The notes beneath the pieces were generated by a model. The model searched no databases, was not told where the DNA came from, and saw only the letters and a list, made by a program, of their open reading frames with translations. Below are positions 1-14,879 of a stretch of 64,000 nucleotides of DNA, piece after piece. The stretch comes from Eledone cirrhosa. Taxonomy: Eukaryota. The stretch is taken from NCBI GenBank assembly GCA_964016885.1, contig OZ024740.1:75950001-76014000 (forward strand), read 5' to 3'. Both the position numbers and the translations under genes were made by a program. Position 1 is the first letter of the stretch; every line of letters begins with the position of its first letter.

Positions 1-2335
<2,335 letters not shown>

Positions 2336-2520
2336 ATAAATCTACACAAGAGTTTACGGTAGTGTCCAATCCGTATGAAGAACTCAATGTATTCCGGATA
2401 TCATGGAAAGAAGAGATGTAATGAAAATCCAATTTCGGTGAAAGATAAACGGTTTACAGAGTCAAGATAAAATATTAAACAAATAATGAACAAACAATTC
2501 CTTATATTAAACAAAAAAAG

Positions 2521-2678
2521 TTCACTATTTAACAGATCGTTTCTAGGGTATATATGTGTTATAATTGGGTATGCATATTTAACAGATCTATTGTACAAAA
2601 TTATACAAAATTATACAAATTATCAAGATTAAATATACATACCTAACTCATATATACGCCGTCTTCAGAAATAATGAA
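2521..2678 (-). ncRNA. Type I hammerhead ribozyme with long stem II
   Basis: Minus: ttcattattt-CTGAAGA-long hairpin-GAAAC gatct GTTA-aatagtgaa. Confidence 0.7.
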
Positions 2679-3590
2679 GTATATTTATTGATAATAACAA
2701 CAATTCAAAATATCAGTTCAAAATTGACCAATGAAAACACAAAGGGTTAAAAAGCAGTTTGGTATGTGTATATACATGTAAAAACCTTACACATATTTTA
2801 CAATAATGTGTGTATAATTTGTATGTGCATACTAAAAAGATGGATGTAAATACAAAATTTCAAGGTTAATATCTCTGTAAGCTTAATGCGCTGATAAGAT
2901 ACGCAATGATACTTATGGAGTCAAGCATATAAATATATTTTTTTCATACTCACACATATCAGTATAATCACACATACATGTGCGTATATGTATAAATATA
3001 CACATAACCACGAACATACAAACACACACACTCCCCCACTCACATTTATATATGTGGATATAAAATCATAAGCAAATAGAAATTAAGTCGCTCACATAAA
3101 AACACTGGTACACACATTTCAAGATCAAGATACAGAAATTAGGTGGGAGGGGGGGGGGGTCAGTATTAGATTGTCAGACCAGACAGCCTAATATAAATGT
3201 ATCTATAAATTAAGAAAAATAAAAAAATAAAAACAATAAAATATAATACATATAATATAATGTACATACGCATACAGATATACATACACATACATACATG
3301 TACGCGCACATAGAGATATCTACACATACATACATACACACATACCTATACTGTCATACACACACATACATTTACACGAACATACACATACACATATAAA
3401 AAGATATAAATACACACACACACACGCGCAACACATACACACATACACATATATATATATATATAATATATATATACATATATATACACACACACATAGA
3501 CTCATATATATATACATACACATACATACACATATACAAACATATATATCCCCACACTCATACCACCATAAAAACACATACAAACACCCA

Positions 3591-3625
<35 letters not shown>

Positions 3626-3835
3626 ACATACACACACGTACACATATATGCATATATACATACATATATACACACATACACATATATATATACACACACA
3701 CATAAAATACAGACATGCACATATATATATATATATATATATATTTCATTACTCTTATATATACACACAGTATATATGCATACATAACCTCACTTATACA
3801 CATATACACATAAGTTATATTACAATAATAATAAA

Positions 3836-3892
<57 letters not shown>

Positions 3893-4013
3893 TATACATA
3901 CATATATATACAAACACATACATACATACACATACATACATACACCTAAATATATACATATATAAATACACACATACGAATAAAGACATATATTCACACA
4001 TAGACACCTATAT

Positions 4014-4045
<32 letters not shown>

Positions 4046-5856
4046 CTATATACACACACATACACATATATACACACACATATATATACACATACACACA
4101 CACACACACACACAGACACACATACATACTCACATATATATATATATATATATGTGTATGTGAGTGTGCGCAAATACATATATATATACACACACACATA
4201 CAAACACACACAAACACATACATATGCATACGTAACCACACACACACATATATCACATAGATACGAAGATAAACATATAAATAGAGAGACATACAAATAT
4301 ATACAGAACCCATATACACATACATACAAACACGCATATACATATATATACATATATACACATACATATATTCCTATATACAAGCATACACATACACACA
4401 CATATATACATATACATACACATATACATACCACACATTCACATACACATACATATATAATACATATATATACATATATATACATACATATGTATGTACA
4501 ATCATATATACACACTCAATCTTACATTCATATTTACATGCTCATATATGTATTTTTATATTTAGAAATAAATACCAAAACCTATATAGATATATATTCA
4601 TACATATACGCTTACAAAAACAGATGATAATAGTATGGGGGAAAGGGGGGGTTTGGAGAAGGGGATCAAAGTAAATATATGTTTCAAGAAACATATAATA
4701 TTTTCCATATCTTAATTCAATGTATGTTCTTACATATTTTCAGTGCTAGGAAATACGAAATCTATGCATCACAAAATAAAAAAGTATACCATTAATCATA
4801 TGTTAACTAAACCAAAGATAGTCAACATATTGATTTCCAAGGTGTAAATTAGTTAGGTTTATAATATTTGAAGCAGAATTATGAAGTCAAACAGTAGTAG
4901 ATTATTAATTACAATATAACTAAATTAAAGTTAATAACATTATGGTATCAATATTAGGAGATGAATTTAGTAATAGGGAAAAGAAACCCAAATAAAAATA
5001 AAATAAAGTATTACATCGGTAGTAGCATATAAATTATATGTTAACTAAATTAAAAATTATATATTTATTTCAATAGTATACGTTAATTAGTATATGTTAA
5101 TTAGGTATACAATACATAAAGCAGATATTGTATTTCATCAATAGCATAATATAATTATATGCAAATAAAAATCAAAATTAATACGCATACATATACATAT
5201 ACATACATATACACATATATATACACATATACATACACATATATATATATATATATAGATATATATACACATACATACATATATAGTCACATAAATATAC
5301 ATACAGATACACATACAACACACACATATACATATACATATAGATATACATATCTTTTTCAAAAAATTGCACAGAATATATTAACTAGGTATATATCCAA
5401 AACACCTCCCATTCTATGATTACATGACATTCTGCAATTCGTCTGTACAAGGATACTAATTTTAAGCAAATTAAAATTAAAGTTTTAGGTTGATTAAAAC
5501 TAAAACCAAATAATAAATATATTTCCAAAATGTATATTAATTAGGTCTATAATACTAAAAATTCTTTCTCCGTCATAGGATACATGATATTATTTTGTTA
5601 TATTTTATCTGTAAAAGAATTATAATAAAAAAAATTTATAATAAAAGGTTAAACTAAATTAAAGAATTATAATAAAAGGTTAAAATAAGTTAAAATTAAT
5701 CTATAAATTAAATTACTGAATATATATTAGTAATATTTAAAGGTTTTTCAAAATTTATGATTACATAATATTTTCTCATCTGTAATAAAATATTAATTAA
5801 ATTAAATTTATAGGTTAACTAACATTTAAATTAAATTAAATTCTAGAATAATGTTA

Positions 5857-6111
5857 TTAATGAGGTTTATAATATTTAAATGTTTTTTTTAGTTTATGAT
5901 TACACGATATAATTAATTCCTGTCTTTTATTTAATAAGATATCCCTAGACTTCATTATTTCAAATAGTTCTTGGGAACATAATCTACATTCCTTTCTATT
6001 ATTTTGATAAGGGGTGGCTCTTTTGAGCACACTCCAGGTCAAATCATATTTTATATTTTTATTTTTATAACTATTGATTTTTTCTGCTAGAGATGTTGTA
6101 TTAGCCAGAAT
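5857..6111 (-). pseudogene. PLE GIY-YIG endonuclease C-terminal fragment
   Basis: LANTTSLAEKI..KNKNIKYDLTWSVLKRATPYQNNRKECRLCSQE..LLNKRQELIISCNH; matches the PLE C-termini at 22 kb, 28 kb, 58 kb and 62 kb. Confidence 0.8.
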
Positions 6112-7797
6112 AGAATTTTTAGTATTATAGACCTAATTAATTTTTAGTATTATAGACCTAATTAATATACATTTTGGAAATATATTTATTATTTGGTTTT
6201 AGTTTTAATCAACCTAAAACTTTAATTTTAATTTGCTTAAAATTAGTATCCTTGTACAGACGAATTGCAGAATGTCATGTAATCATAGAATGGGAGGTGT
6301 TTTGGATATATACCTAGTTAATATATTCTGTGCAATTTTTTGAAAAAGATATGTATATCTATATGTATATGTATATGTGTGTGTTGTATGTGTATCTGTA
6401 TGTATATTTATGTGACTATATATGTATGTATGTGTATATATATCTATATATATATATATATATGTGTATGTATATGTGTATATATATGTGTATATGTATG
6501 TATATGTATGCGTATTAATTTTGATTTTTATTTGCATATAATTATATTATGCTATTGATGAAATACAATATCTGCTTTATGTATTGTATACCTAATTAAC
6601 ATATACTAATTAACGTATACTATTGAAATAAATATATAATTTTTAATTTAGTTAACATATAATTTATATGCTACTACCGATGTAATACTTTATTTTATTT
6701 TTATTTGGGTTTCTTTTCCCTATTACTAAATTCATCTCCTAATATTGATACCATAATGTTATTAACTTTAATTTAGTTATATTGTAATTAATAATCTACT
6801 ACTGTTTGACTTCATAATTCTGCTTCAAATATTATAAACCTAACTAATTTACACCTTGGAAATCAATATGTTGACTATCTTTGGTTTAGTTAACATATGA
6901 TTAATGGTATACTTTTTTATTTTGTGATGCATAGATTTCGTATTTCCTAGCACTGAAAATATGTAAGAACATACATTGAATTAAGATATGGAAAATATTA
7001 TATGTTTCTTGAAACATATATTTACTTTGATCCCCTTCTCCAAACCCCCCCTTTCCCCCATACTATTATCATCTGTTTTTGTAAGCGTATATGTATGAAT
7101 ATATATCTATATAGGTTTTGGTATTTATTTCTAAATATAAAAATACATATATGAGCATGTAAATATGAATGTAAGATTGAGTGTGTATATATGATTGTAC
7201 ATACATATGTATGTATATATATGTATATATATGTATTATATATGTATGTGTATGTGAATGTGTGGTATGTATATGTGTATGTATATGTATATATGTGTGT
7301 GTATGTGTATGCTTGTATATAGGAATATATGTATGTGTATATATGTATATATATGTATATGCGTGTTTGTATGTATGTGTATATGGGTTCTGTATATATT
7401 TGTATGTCTCTCTATTTATATGTTTATCTTCGTATCTATGTGATATATGTGTGTGTGTGGTTACGTATGCATATGTATGTGTTTGTGTGTGTTTGTATGT
7501 GTGTGTGTATATATATATGTATTTGCGCACACTCACATACACATATATATATATATATATATGTGAGTATGTATGTGTGTCTGTGTGTGTGTGTGTGTGT
7601 GTATGTGTATATATATGTGTGTGTATATATGTGTATGTGTGTGTATATAGATATATATATATATATATATATGTGTATATAGGTGTCTATGTGTGAATAT
7701 ATGTCTTTATTCGTATGTGTGTATTTATATATGTATATATTTAGGTGTATGTATGTATGTGTATGTATGTATGTGTTTGTATATATATGTATGTATA

Positions 7798-7842
<45 letters not shown>

Positions 7843-8053
7843 CTTTATTATTATTGTAATATAACTTATGTGTATATGTGTATAAGTGAGGTTATGTATG
7901 CATATATACTGTGTGTATATATAAGAGTAATGAAATATATATATATATATATATATATGTGCATGTCTGTATTTTATGTGTGTGTGTATATATATATGTG
8001 TATGTGTGTATATATGTATGTATATATGCATATATGTGTACGTGTGTGTATGT

Positions 8054-8088
<35 letters not shown>

Positions 8089-9005
8089 TGGGTGTTTGTA
8101 TGTGTTTTTATGGTGGTATGAGTGTGGGGATATATATGTTTGTATATGTGTATGTATGTGTATGTATATATATATGAGTCTATGTGTGTGTGTATATATA
8201 TGTATATATATATTATATATATATATATATATGTGTATGTGTGTATGTGTTGCGCGTGTGTGTGTGTGTATTTATATCTTTTTATATGTGTATGTGTATG
8301 TTCGTGTAAATGTATGTGTGTGTATGACAGTATAGGTATGTGTGTATGTATGTATGTGTAGATATCTCTATGTGCGCGTACATGTATGTATGTGTATGTA
8401 TATCTGTATGCGTATGTACATTATATTATATGTATTATATTTTATTGTTTTTATTTTTTTATTTTTCTTAATTTATAGATACATTTATATTAGGCTGTCT
8501 GGTCTGACAATCTAATACTGACCCCTCCCCCCCCCTCCCACCTAATTTCTGTATCTTGATCTTGAAATGTGTGTACCAGTGTTTTTATGTGAGCGACTTA
8601 ATTTCTATTTGCTTATGATTTTATATCCACATATATAAATGTGAGTGGGGGAGTGTGTGTGTTTGTATGTTCGTGGTTATGTGTATATTTATACATATAC
8701 GCACATGTATGTGTGATTATACTGATATGTGTGAGTATGAAAAAAATATATTTATATGCTTGACTCCATAAGTATCATTGCGTATCTTATCAGCGCATTA
8801 AGCTTACAGAGATATTAACCTTGAAATTTTGTATTTACATCCATCTTTTTAGTATGCACATACAAATTATACACACATTATTGTAAAATATGTGTAAGGT
8901 TTTTACATGTATATACACATACCAAACTGCTTTTTAACCCTTTGTGTTTTCATTGGTCAATTTTGAACTGATATTTTGAATTGTTGTTATTATCAATAAA
9001 TATAC

Positions 9006-9160
9006 TTCATTATTTCTGAAGACGGCGTATATATGAGTTAGGTATGTATATTTAATCTTGATAATTTGTATAATTTTGTATAATTTTGTACATAGATCTG
9101 TTAAATATGCATACCAATTATAACACATATATACCCTAGAAACGATCGTTAAATAGTGAA
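9006..9160 (+). ncRNA. Type I hammerhead ribozyme (mirror copy of 2521-2678)
   Basis: ttcattattt CTGAAGA (9016) ... GAAA (9139) cgatcg TTA aatagtgaa; palindromic stem III AACGATCGTT. Confidence 0.72.
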
Positions 9161-9211
9161 CTTTTTTTGTTTAATATAAGGAATTGTTTGTTCATTATTT
9201 GTTTAATATTT

Positions 9212-10215
<1,004 letters not shown>

Positions 10216-10368
10216 GAGTTTATGTTGGTTGTATACCAACACCTCATATATATATGACTCCAGTTCCCCAGTGAATTAACAACCCAACAAGGAACTGGGC
10301 ATATCAGAGTATTGACAATATCATACACCTAAACAACATATGTACTTGTCTATACCATACTAATTCAA

Positions 10369-10423
10369 ACTGCCTGAAGAGGTCACAGCCAAAGATGGCT
10401 GTCACTGAAATATATATAGCAGT
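10369..10423 (+). ncRNA. Minimal type I hammerhead ribozyme in a short PLE-like 3' end (10213-10476)
   Basis: actgc CTGAAGA ggtcacagcc-aaagat-ggctgtcact GAAA tatata TA gcagt, then AATAAA and (TA)n. Confidence 0.8.
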
Positions 10424-10471
10424 AATAAACGAAGCTAAATTTTAATCATTTGACTTTTATTTAACTTTATT

Positions 10472-10557
<86 letters not shown>

Positions 10558-10620
10558 GTACATATATATATGTATATATATATATGTATGTATATATATA
10601 TATATATGTATATATATATG

Positions 10621-10653
<33 letters not shown>

Positions 10654-10696
10654 GTATATATATATATGTATATGTATATATATGTATATATATATG

Positions 10697-10727
<31 letters not shown>

Positions 10728-10775
10728 GTATATGTATATATGTATATATATATTTTTTTTTTTTTTTTTTTTTTT

Positions 10776-11020
10776 GTGCCACGGCAAAAAAGCATCCAGC
10801 CCACACTGTAAAGTGGACGTGTAGGCGCCACGAAAAAGCACCCAGCACTCACTGTAAATGAGGTTGGTGTTAGGAAGGGCATCCAGCTGTAGAAATCAAG
10901 CCAGATCAGTTCCTGTATGAGCAAGGCATGGTCAGCCGACCAGACACTGCCCACAACAGGACAACCCGTCTAACCCATGCTAGCGTGGAAGAACGGACGT
11001 AAAACGGTGATGATGATGAT
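10776..11020 (+). mobile_element. SINE family A, 3' part
   Basis: gcacccagcactcactgtaaatgaggttggtgttaggaagggcatccagctgtagaaa shared with the 17.7, 32.5, 61.0 and 61.4 kb copies; (TGA)n tail. Confidence 0.8.
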
Positions 11021-11029
11021 ATATATATG

Positions 11030-11062
<33 letters not shown>

Positions 11063-11077
11063 GTATATATATATATG

Positions 11078-11108
<31 letters not shown>

Positions 11109-11121
11109 GTATATATATATG

Positions 11122-11154
<33 letters not shown>

Positions 11155-11295
11155 GTATATATATATGTATATATATATATATGTATATATATATGTATAT
11201 GTATATATATATGTATATATATATATATATGTATCTATATATATATATGTATATATGTATATATATGTATATATGTATATACATATATATATATT

Positions 11296-11520
11296 ACATT
11301 TTGTTTTTGTATTTGTTTTGCAAGATATTTTATCTGAAAATGTGTGTTGACACAGACATTGTTATACTTTGGGAGTGTCAGGCTAACAATAAAAACACAT
11401 ATCTGTTGGATTTCACTTCAATTTATTATTATAATTTTCCAGTCAGTCAGCTTTATAAATGATGGTTGTTTATTTGTTGATTGTCATCAAACCTCTTTAG
11501 TCACACATTCTGTGATCTCC
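11296..11520 (-). mobile_element. PLE pseudo-LTR/tail fragment (MTLPKYNN family), decayed hammerhead
   Basis: Homologous to 41725-42035 and 31440-31700; minus frame [26 protein letters not shown]. Confidence 0.65.
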
Positions 11521-11690
11521 CCGACAATATCACGGTTTTCCTTGACGCATTGCCTAGCAATCCTGAACACCTCACGTTTTTGGTCATCGCGTTGTAGAAC
11601 ATGCTTGAACTTTCTTTCCTCAGCTTCCCTTCTTGCTAAGTACACTTGTCTCCTAGCTTCCCTCCTGGCCACTTGATAGTCCTCTCTAAT
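11515..11690 (-). pseudogene. RTE LINE fragment
   Basis: REDYQVARREARRQVYLARREAE..REVFRIARQCVKENRDIVGE, homologous to 15559..16083. Confidence 0.8.
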
Positions 11691-11715
11691 TATCATTATC
11701 ATCATCACCATCAAA

Positions 11716-11903
11716 GGCGGTGAATTGACAGTATCAGTAGAAGGTCGGACGCCATGCTTTCCAGCATAGTTACGTCCCTTAACGATCTGAGTTCAAATCC
11801 CGCCGAGGTTGACTCTGCCTTTCATCCTTATGGGGTCGATAAAATAAAGTACCAGTAATGCACTGGGTAATTGCTGGCCTTGTGCCAAAAGTAGAAACAA
11901 TTA
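11716..11903 (+). mobile_element. SINE family B (tRNA-like head)
   Basis: B-box-like gagttcaaatccc; conserved gcctttcatccttatggggtcgataaaataaagtaccagt body; repeated about 7 times in the window. Confidence 0.85.
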
Positions 11904-11924
11904 TCATTATCATCATCACCATTT

Positions 11925-11974
<50 letters not shown>

Positions 11975-12105
11975 TATTATAGGTGCAAATTAATTGCATC
12001 TGTAGGCGATATGCCAAGATGACCACTCGATGCTCGTGGGGAGCAGAGTATTAATAATGATAATAATATACAAAGAATCGGTGTTGCATCATATATATAT
12101 TTACT

Positions 12106-12199
12106 CACATATTACATATGTTTCACTGTCGATCAGCTCGAGGAACGATTAATTGATGATCGATCCTGACTCTGGAATTGGAGGCTCCTCAGATATGTG
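12106..12199 (-). ncRNA. Type I hammerhead ribozyme
   Basis: Minus: cacatat CTGAGGA ... GAAA catatg TA atatgtg. Confidence 0.65.
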
Positions 12200-12242
12200 T
12201 TTACATGTAGACTTTCTCTTAGACGCGAGTCTACATGTGAAC

Positions 12243-12334
12243 ACATATCTGAGGAACTTCTGATTCCAGAGTCAGGATCGATCATTAATCAATCTTTCCT
12301 CGAGCTGATCGACAATGAAACATATGTAATATGT
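12243..12334 (+). ncRNA. Type I hammerhead ribozyme
   Basis: acatat CTGAGGA ... GAAA catatg TA atatgt; stem II long and irregular. Confidence 0.65.
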
Positions 12335-13237
12335 AATTAAATATATATATGATGCAACACTGATTCTTTGTTCCCTTATATATATATGTCTCGGGTCCCA
12401 AACATTAAGGTGGGTTGGAATAAGCGGTTTGGGGAGGAGGGTAATTTTTCTAGGTTGCCTCCGTTGATTTTTTAATAAACCAGAATTAGTCATTCAGTTC
12501 ACATATCGAGACCCCAACCCATCCTACTTATTTTGTAATGTATGGGATTTTTTTATTAATGTACTTTTTTATCATGTTTAATGTTTTTAATGTCTGAAGA
12601 AAATTAATTATTGCAGGAATGCTACCACTTAAAATAAAATTTAGCCAGAGATAGATTACCAAAATTTAATAAACGATGGGGTGGGAGAGATTATTTGAGA
12701 CCCAGGAGTATTTTTTTTCATTTCATTTTACGTCCGCTTTTCCCTGCTTGCAAGGGTATATCATTTATGTTAGCTTGTTTACCAATGGGTAGAATTGATG
12801 GTTCGGTTTGGGAAATAATGATGCAACAAATTAATTAAAGCACTCAACGTTATGCAAATCATCCATCATAAATGTGGTATCCAGTGGTTGCTGCAGGAAT
12901 GGAGTAAAGTATTCATTGAAACAACAGAAAGCCAGATGGGAAAATTTACTTTAGAATTTTAATCCCACGAAAGCACTATACATATTTCGATGGCTGAGTA
13001 ATATCATCCGATTATGATGTAAGACTAGATGATTTCATCATGTGTTATCTGTAGAATTATGTAATAGGATTATATATACATATATATATATGTTGCAGTG
13101 GAGTGTTTTTTTATCTTAGTTGTTACGTTGTAACTTCTTGAGGATAAGCAGATCCTAGTGATCCAAAGCACTTCACGTCAGTAGTTTATTCCAGGTAGGT
13201 GATTATGAGTGACAGATTATTTATTTATCAAATAATG

Positions 13238-13453
13238 GCAGTTAAGACAGGATTAATTCATCATAATTGTTTATTGCATGATATATATTTCTGTTACATG
13301 GTTATTCATGTGACTTCATCAGTTTCTTACACAATGATTGTATAACTGCACTTATGATTGCAAAAGAATCTGATGAAGTCACATGAATAACCATGTAACA
13401 AATATATATCATGCAATAAACAATTATGGTGAATTAATCTCGTCTCAACTAGC
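13238..13453. repeat. Fold-back inverted repeat (~90-bp arms) containing hammerhead motifs
   Basis: Minus arm: CTGATGA agtcacatg-aataac-catgtaaca GAAA tatata TC; the plus arm (13370) has the same core but has lost GA of GAAA. Confidence 0.85.
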
Positions 13454-13459
13454 ATTTGG

Positions 13460-13643
13460 ATTGACAGTATCGGTAGAGGGTCGGACGCCATGCTTTGATG
13501 CATAGAGTTACGGCCCTTGCCATTCTGAGTTCAAATCCCGCCGAGGTTAACTTTGCCTTTCATCCTTATGGGGTCGATAAAATAAAGCACCAATAATGCA
13601 CTGGGTAATTGCTGGCCTTGTGCCAAAAAGTAGAAACAATTAT
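13460..13643 (+). mobile_element. SINE family B
   Basis: Same body as 11716-11903. Confidence 0.85.
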
Positions 13644-13655
13644 TTGATATATATA

Positions 13656-14161
13656 CAGTAGCAATCAAAATAAGAGAATGATGAATTAATTTTTCGTTAT
13701 TTTTCTTATTTTACAAAATTTTTCCTTTAAAATTTGAAAGAATATTTGTAGTATATATATATATCTGTCTTGTGCTAAAATATTTTCTCAATAATCAAGG
13801 CTATAAAGAAGATATTAATGATATAACTTTAATTTTGAAAAAATACAGTGATCAAAATAAGAAAACGGAAATATAATCTTTCCGAAAACACAATTAAGCA
13901 TGAGATTTGGCCTACAAACTAGGGTTTATGCATTTCAAACATTAGTAGGAAGTGTAGATACTCTTGCTTTGGATGACTTCAGCACATCTGCGTCCACATG
14001 AAGTCACCATCGTATTGCACAGTTTTGGAGTGATATTATTCTACTCTTCCTCCAGTTTCTTCTATAATTCAGTGGTTGTAGCTGGCTTTTTCGCTATGTC
14101 CTTTTCCCCAATGATCTTCCAAACGTTTTCGATTGGATTTAAGTTGGGACTCTGGGCTGGC
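13656..14161 (-). mobile_element. Tc1-like transposon 3' remnant
   Basis: Minus translation PAQSPNLNPIENVWKII..TSCGRRCAEVIQSKSIYTSY* with stops; end TA|CAGTAGCAATCAAAATAAGA and an inner repeat CAGTGATCAAAATAAGA at 13846 (IR/DR-like). Confidence 0.8.
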
Positions 14162-14175
14162 TATTTCAAAACTTG

Positions 14176-14358
14176 TATAATAGTTATACAATAAAGGAAT
14201 AATAGTAAACACAATCCAAGAGGCTATAAAAGTGGTCAGCCAAACTGACAACAACTGGCCCTCTTGATCGTCTTTGAGTCAAAAACATTTTTCTCTGATT
14301 TTTTTTATAGCCTCTTGGATTGTGTTTACCATTATTCTTTTATTGTATAACTATTATA
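14176..14358. repeat. Inverted repeat, ~56-bp arms
   Basis: tataatagttatacaataaagg...gaggctataaaa versus ttttatagcctc...tataactattata. Confidence 0.9.
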
Positions 14359-14676
14359 GAATAAACACCTGATGATGTGACCAGGATCTTATGGAACTTG
14401 ACCACGTAGTGTTTGCTGTAACAAATCTTGGAAGGAATTTTAACAGTCCAGCCTGTCATTTGCTCAATAATAATTAACTCCGTTCTCGCACCACCAACAA
14501 GATTCAACATCAAAGATGGATGAACTGCATAACGTTGAGTGCTTTTCCTAATAATACATCATGATTGACTATACGGAATGACCAGTCCTATCCAGTGGTG
14601 CACCACTAAACTTATATATATATATAAGCAAGTGAATAAACGAAGGAGTCGCTAGCCATTATAACAAGTTATTTAT

Positions 14677-14737
14677 ACAATTCTTACATAATGTTTTACC
14701 CATATTAAAGAATAATGCGGGCTCTTCAGAGAAATGT
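14677..14737 (-). ncRNA. Degenerate type I hammerhead (GAAA to AAAA)
   Basis: Minus: acatttct CTGAAGA gcccgcatta-ttctt-taatatgggt aAAA cattatg TA agaattgt. Confidence 0.55.
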
Positions 14738-14879
14738 GTTTGTTAATATAATGTCTGTCAATAAATATACCTTCTAATCTGGTTTAAACTATATTCACAG
14801 TAGATACACGTCTCCATGTATCGTAACCAAAAAATAATAATGGCGATTGTGAAAGGGGCATAATCCCCAAGGAATTATC

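Larger units (their letters stand above)
2336..9214 (-). mobile_element. 5'-truncated Penelope-like element with long 3' UTR and a 3.1-kb inverted duplication
   Basis: GIY-YIG C-terminal remnant at 5857-6111 (minus), hammerhead near the 3' end (2521-2678), inverted copy 6112-9214, (TA)n on both sides. Confidence 0.7.
2467..9214. repeat. Large inverted repeat: arms 2467-5565 and 6112-9214, 546-bp spacer
   Basis: ataaaatattaaacaaataatgaacaaacaattc (2467) is the reverse complement of 9181-9214; mirrored ORFs (4154..4627+ = 7069..7542-); 25-bp tandem duplication at the inner right junction. Confidence 0.97.
12071..12370. repeat. Fold-back inverted repeat (~142-bp arms) with a hammerhead in each arm
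   Basis: caaagaatcggtgttgcatc... versus ...gatgcaacactgattctttg; arms slightly diverged. Confidence 0.92.
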
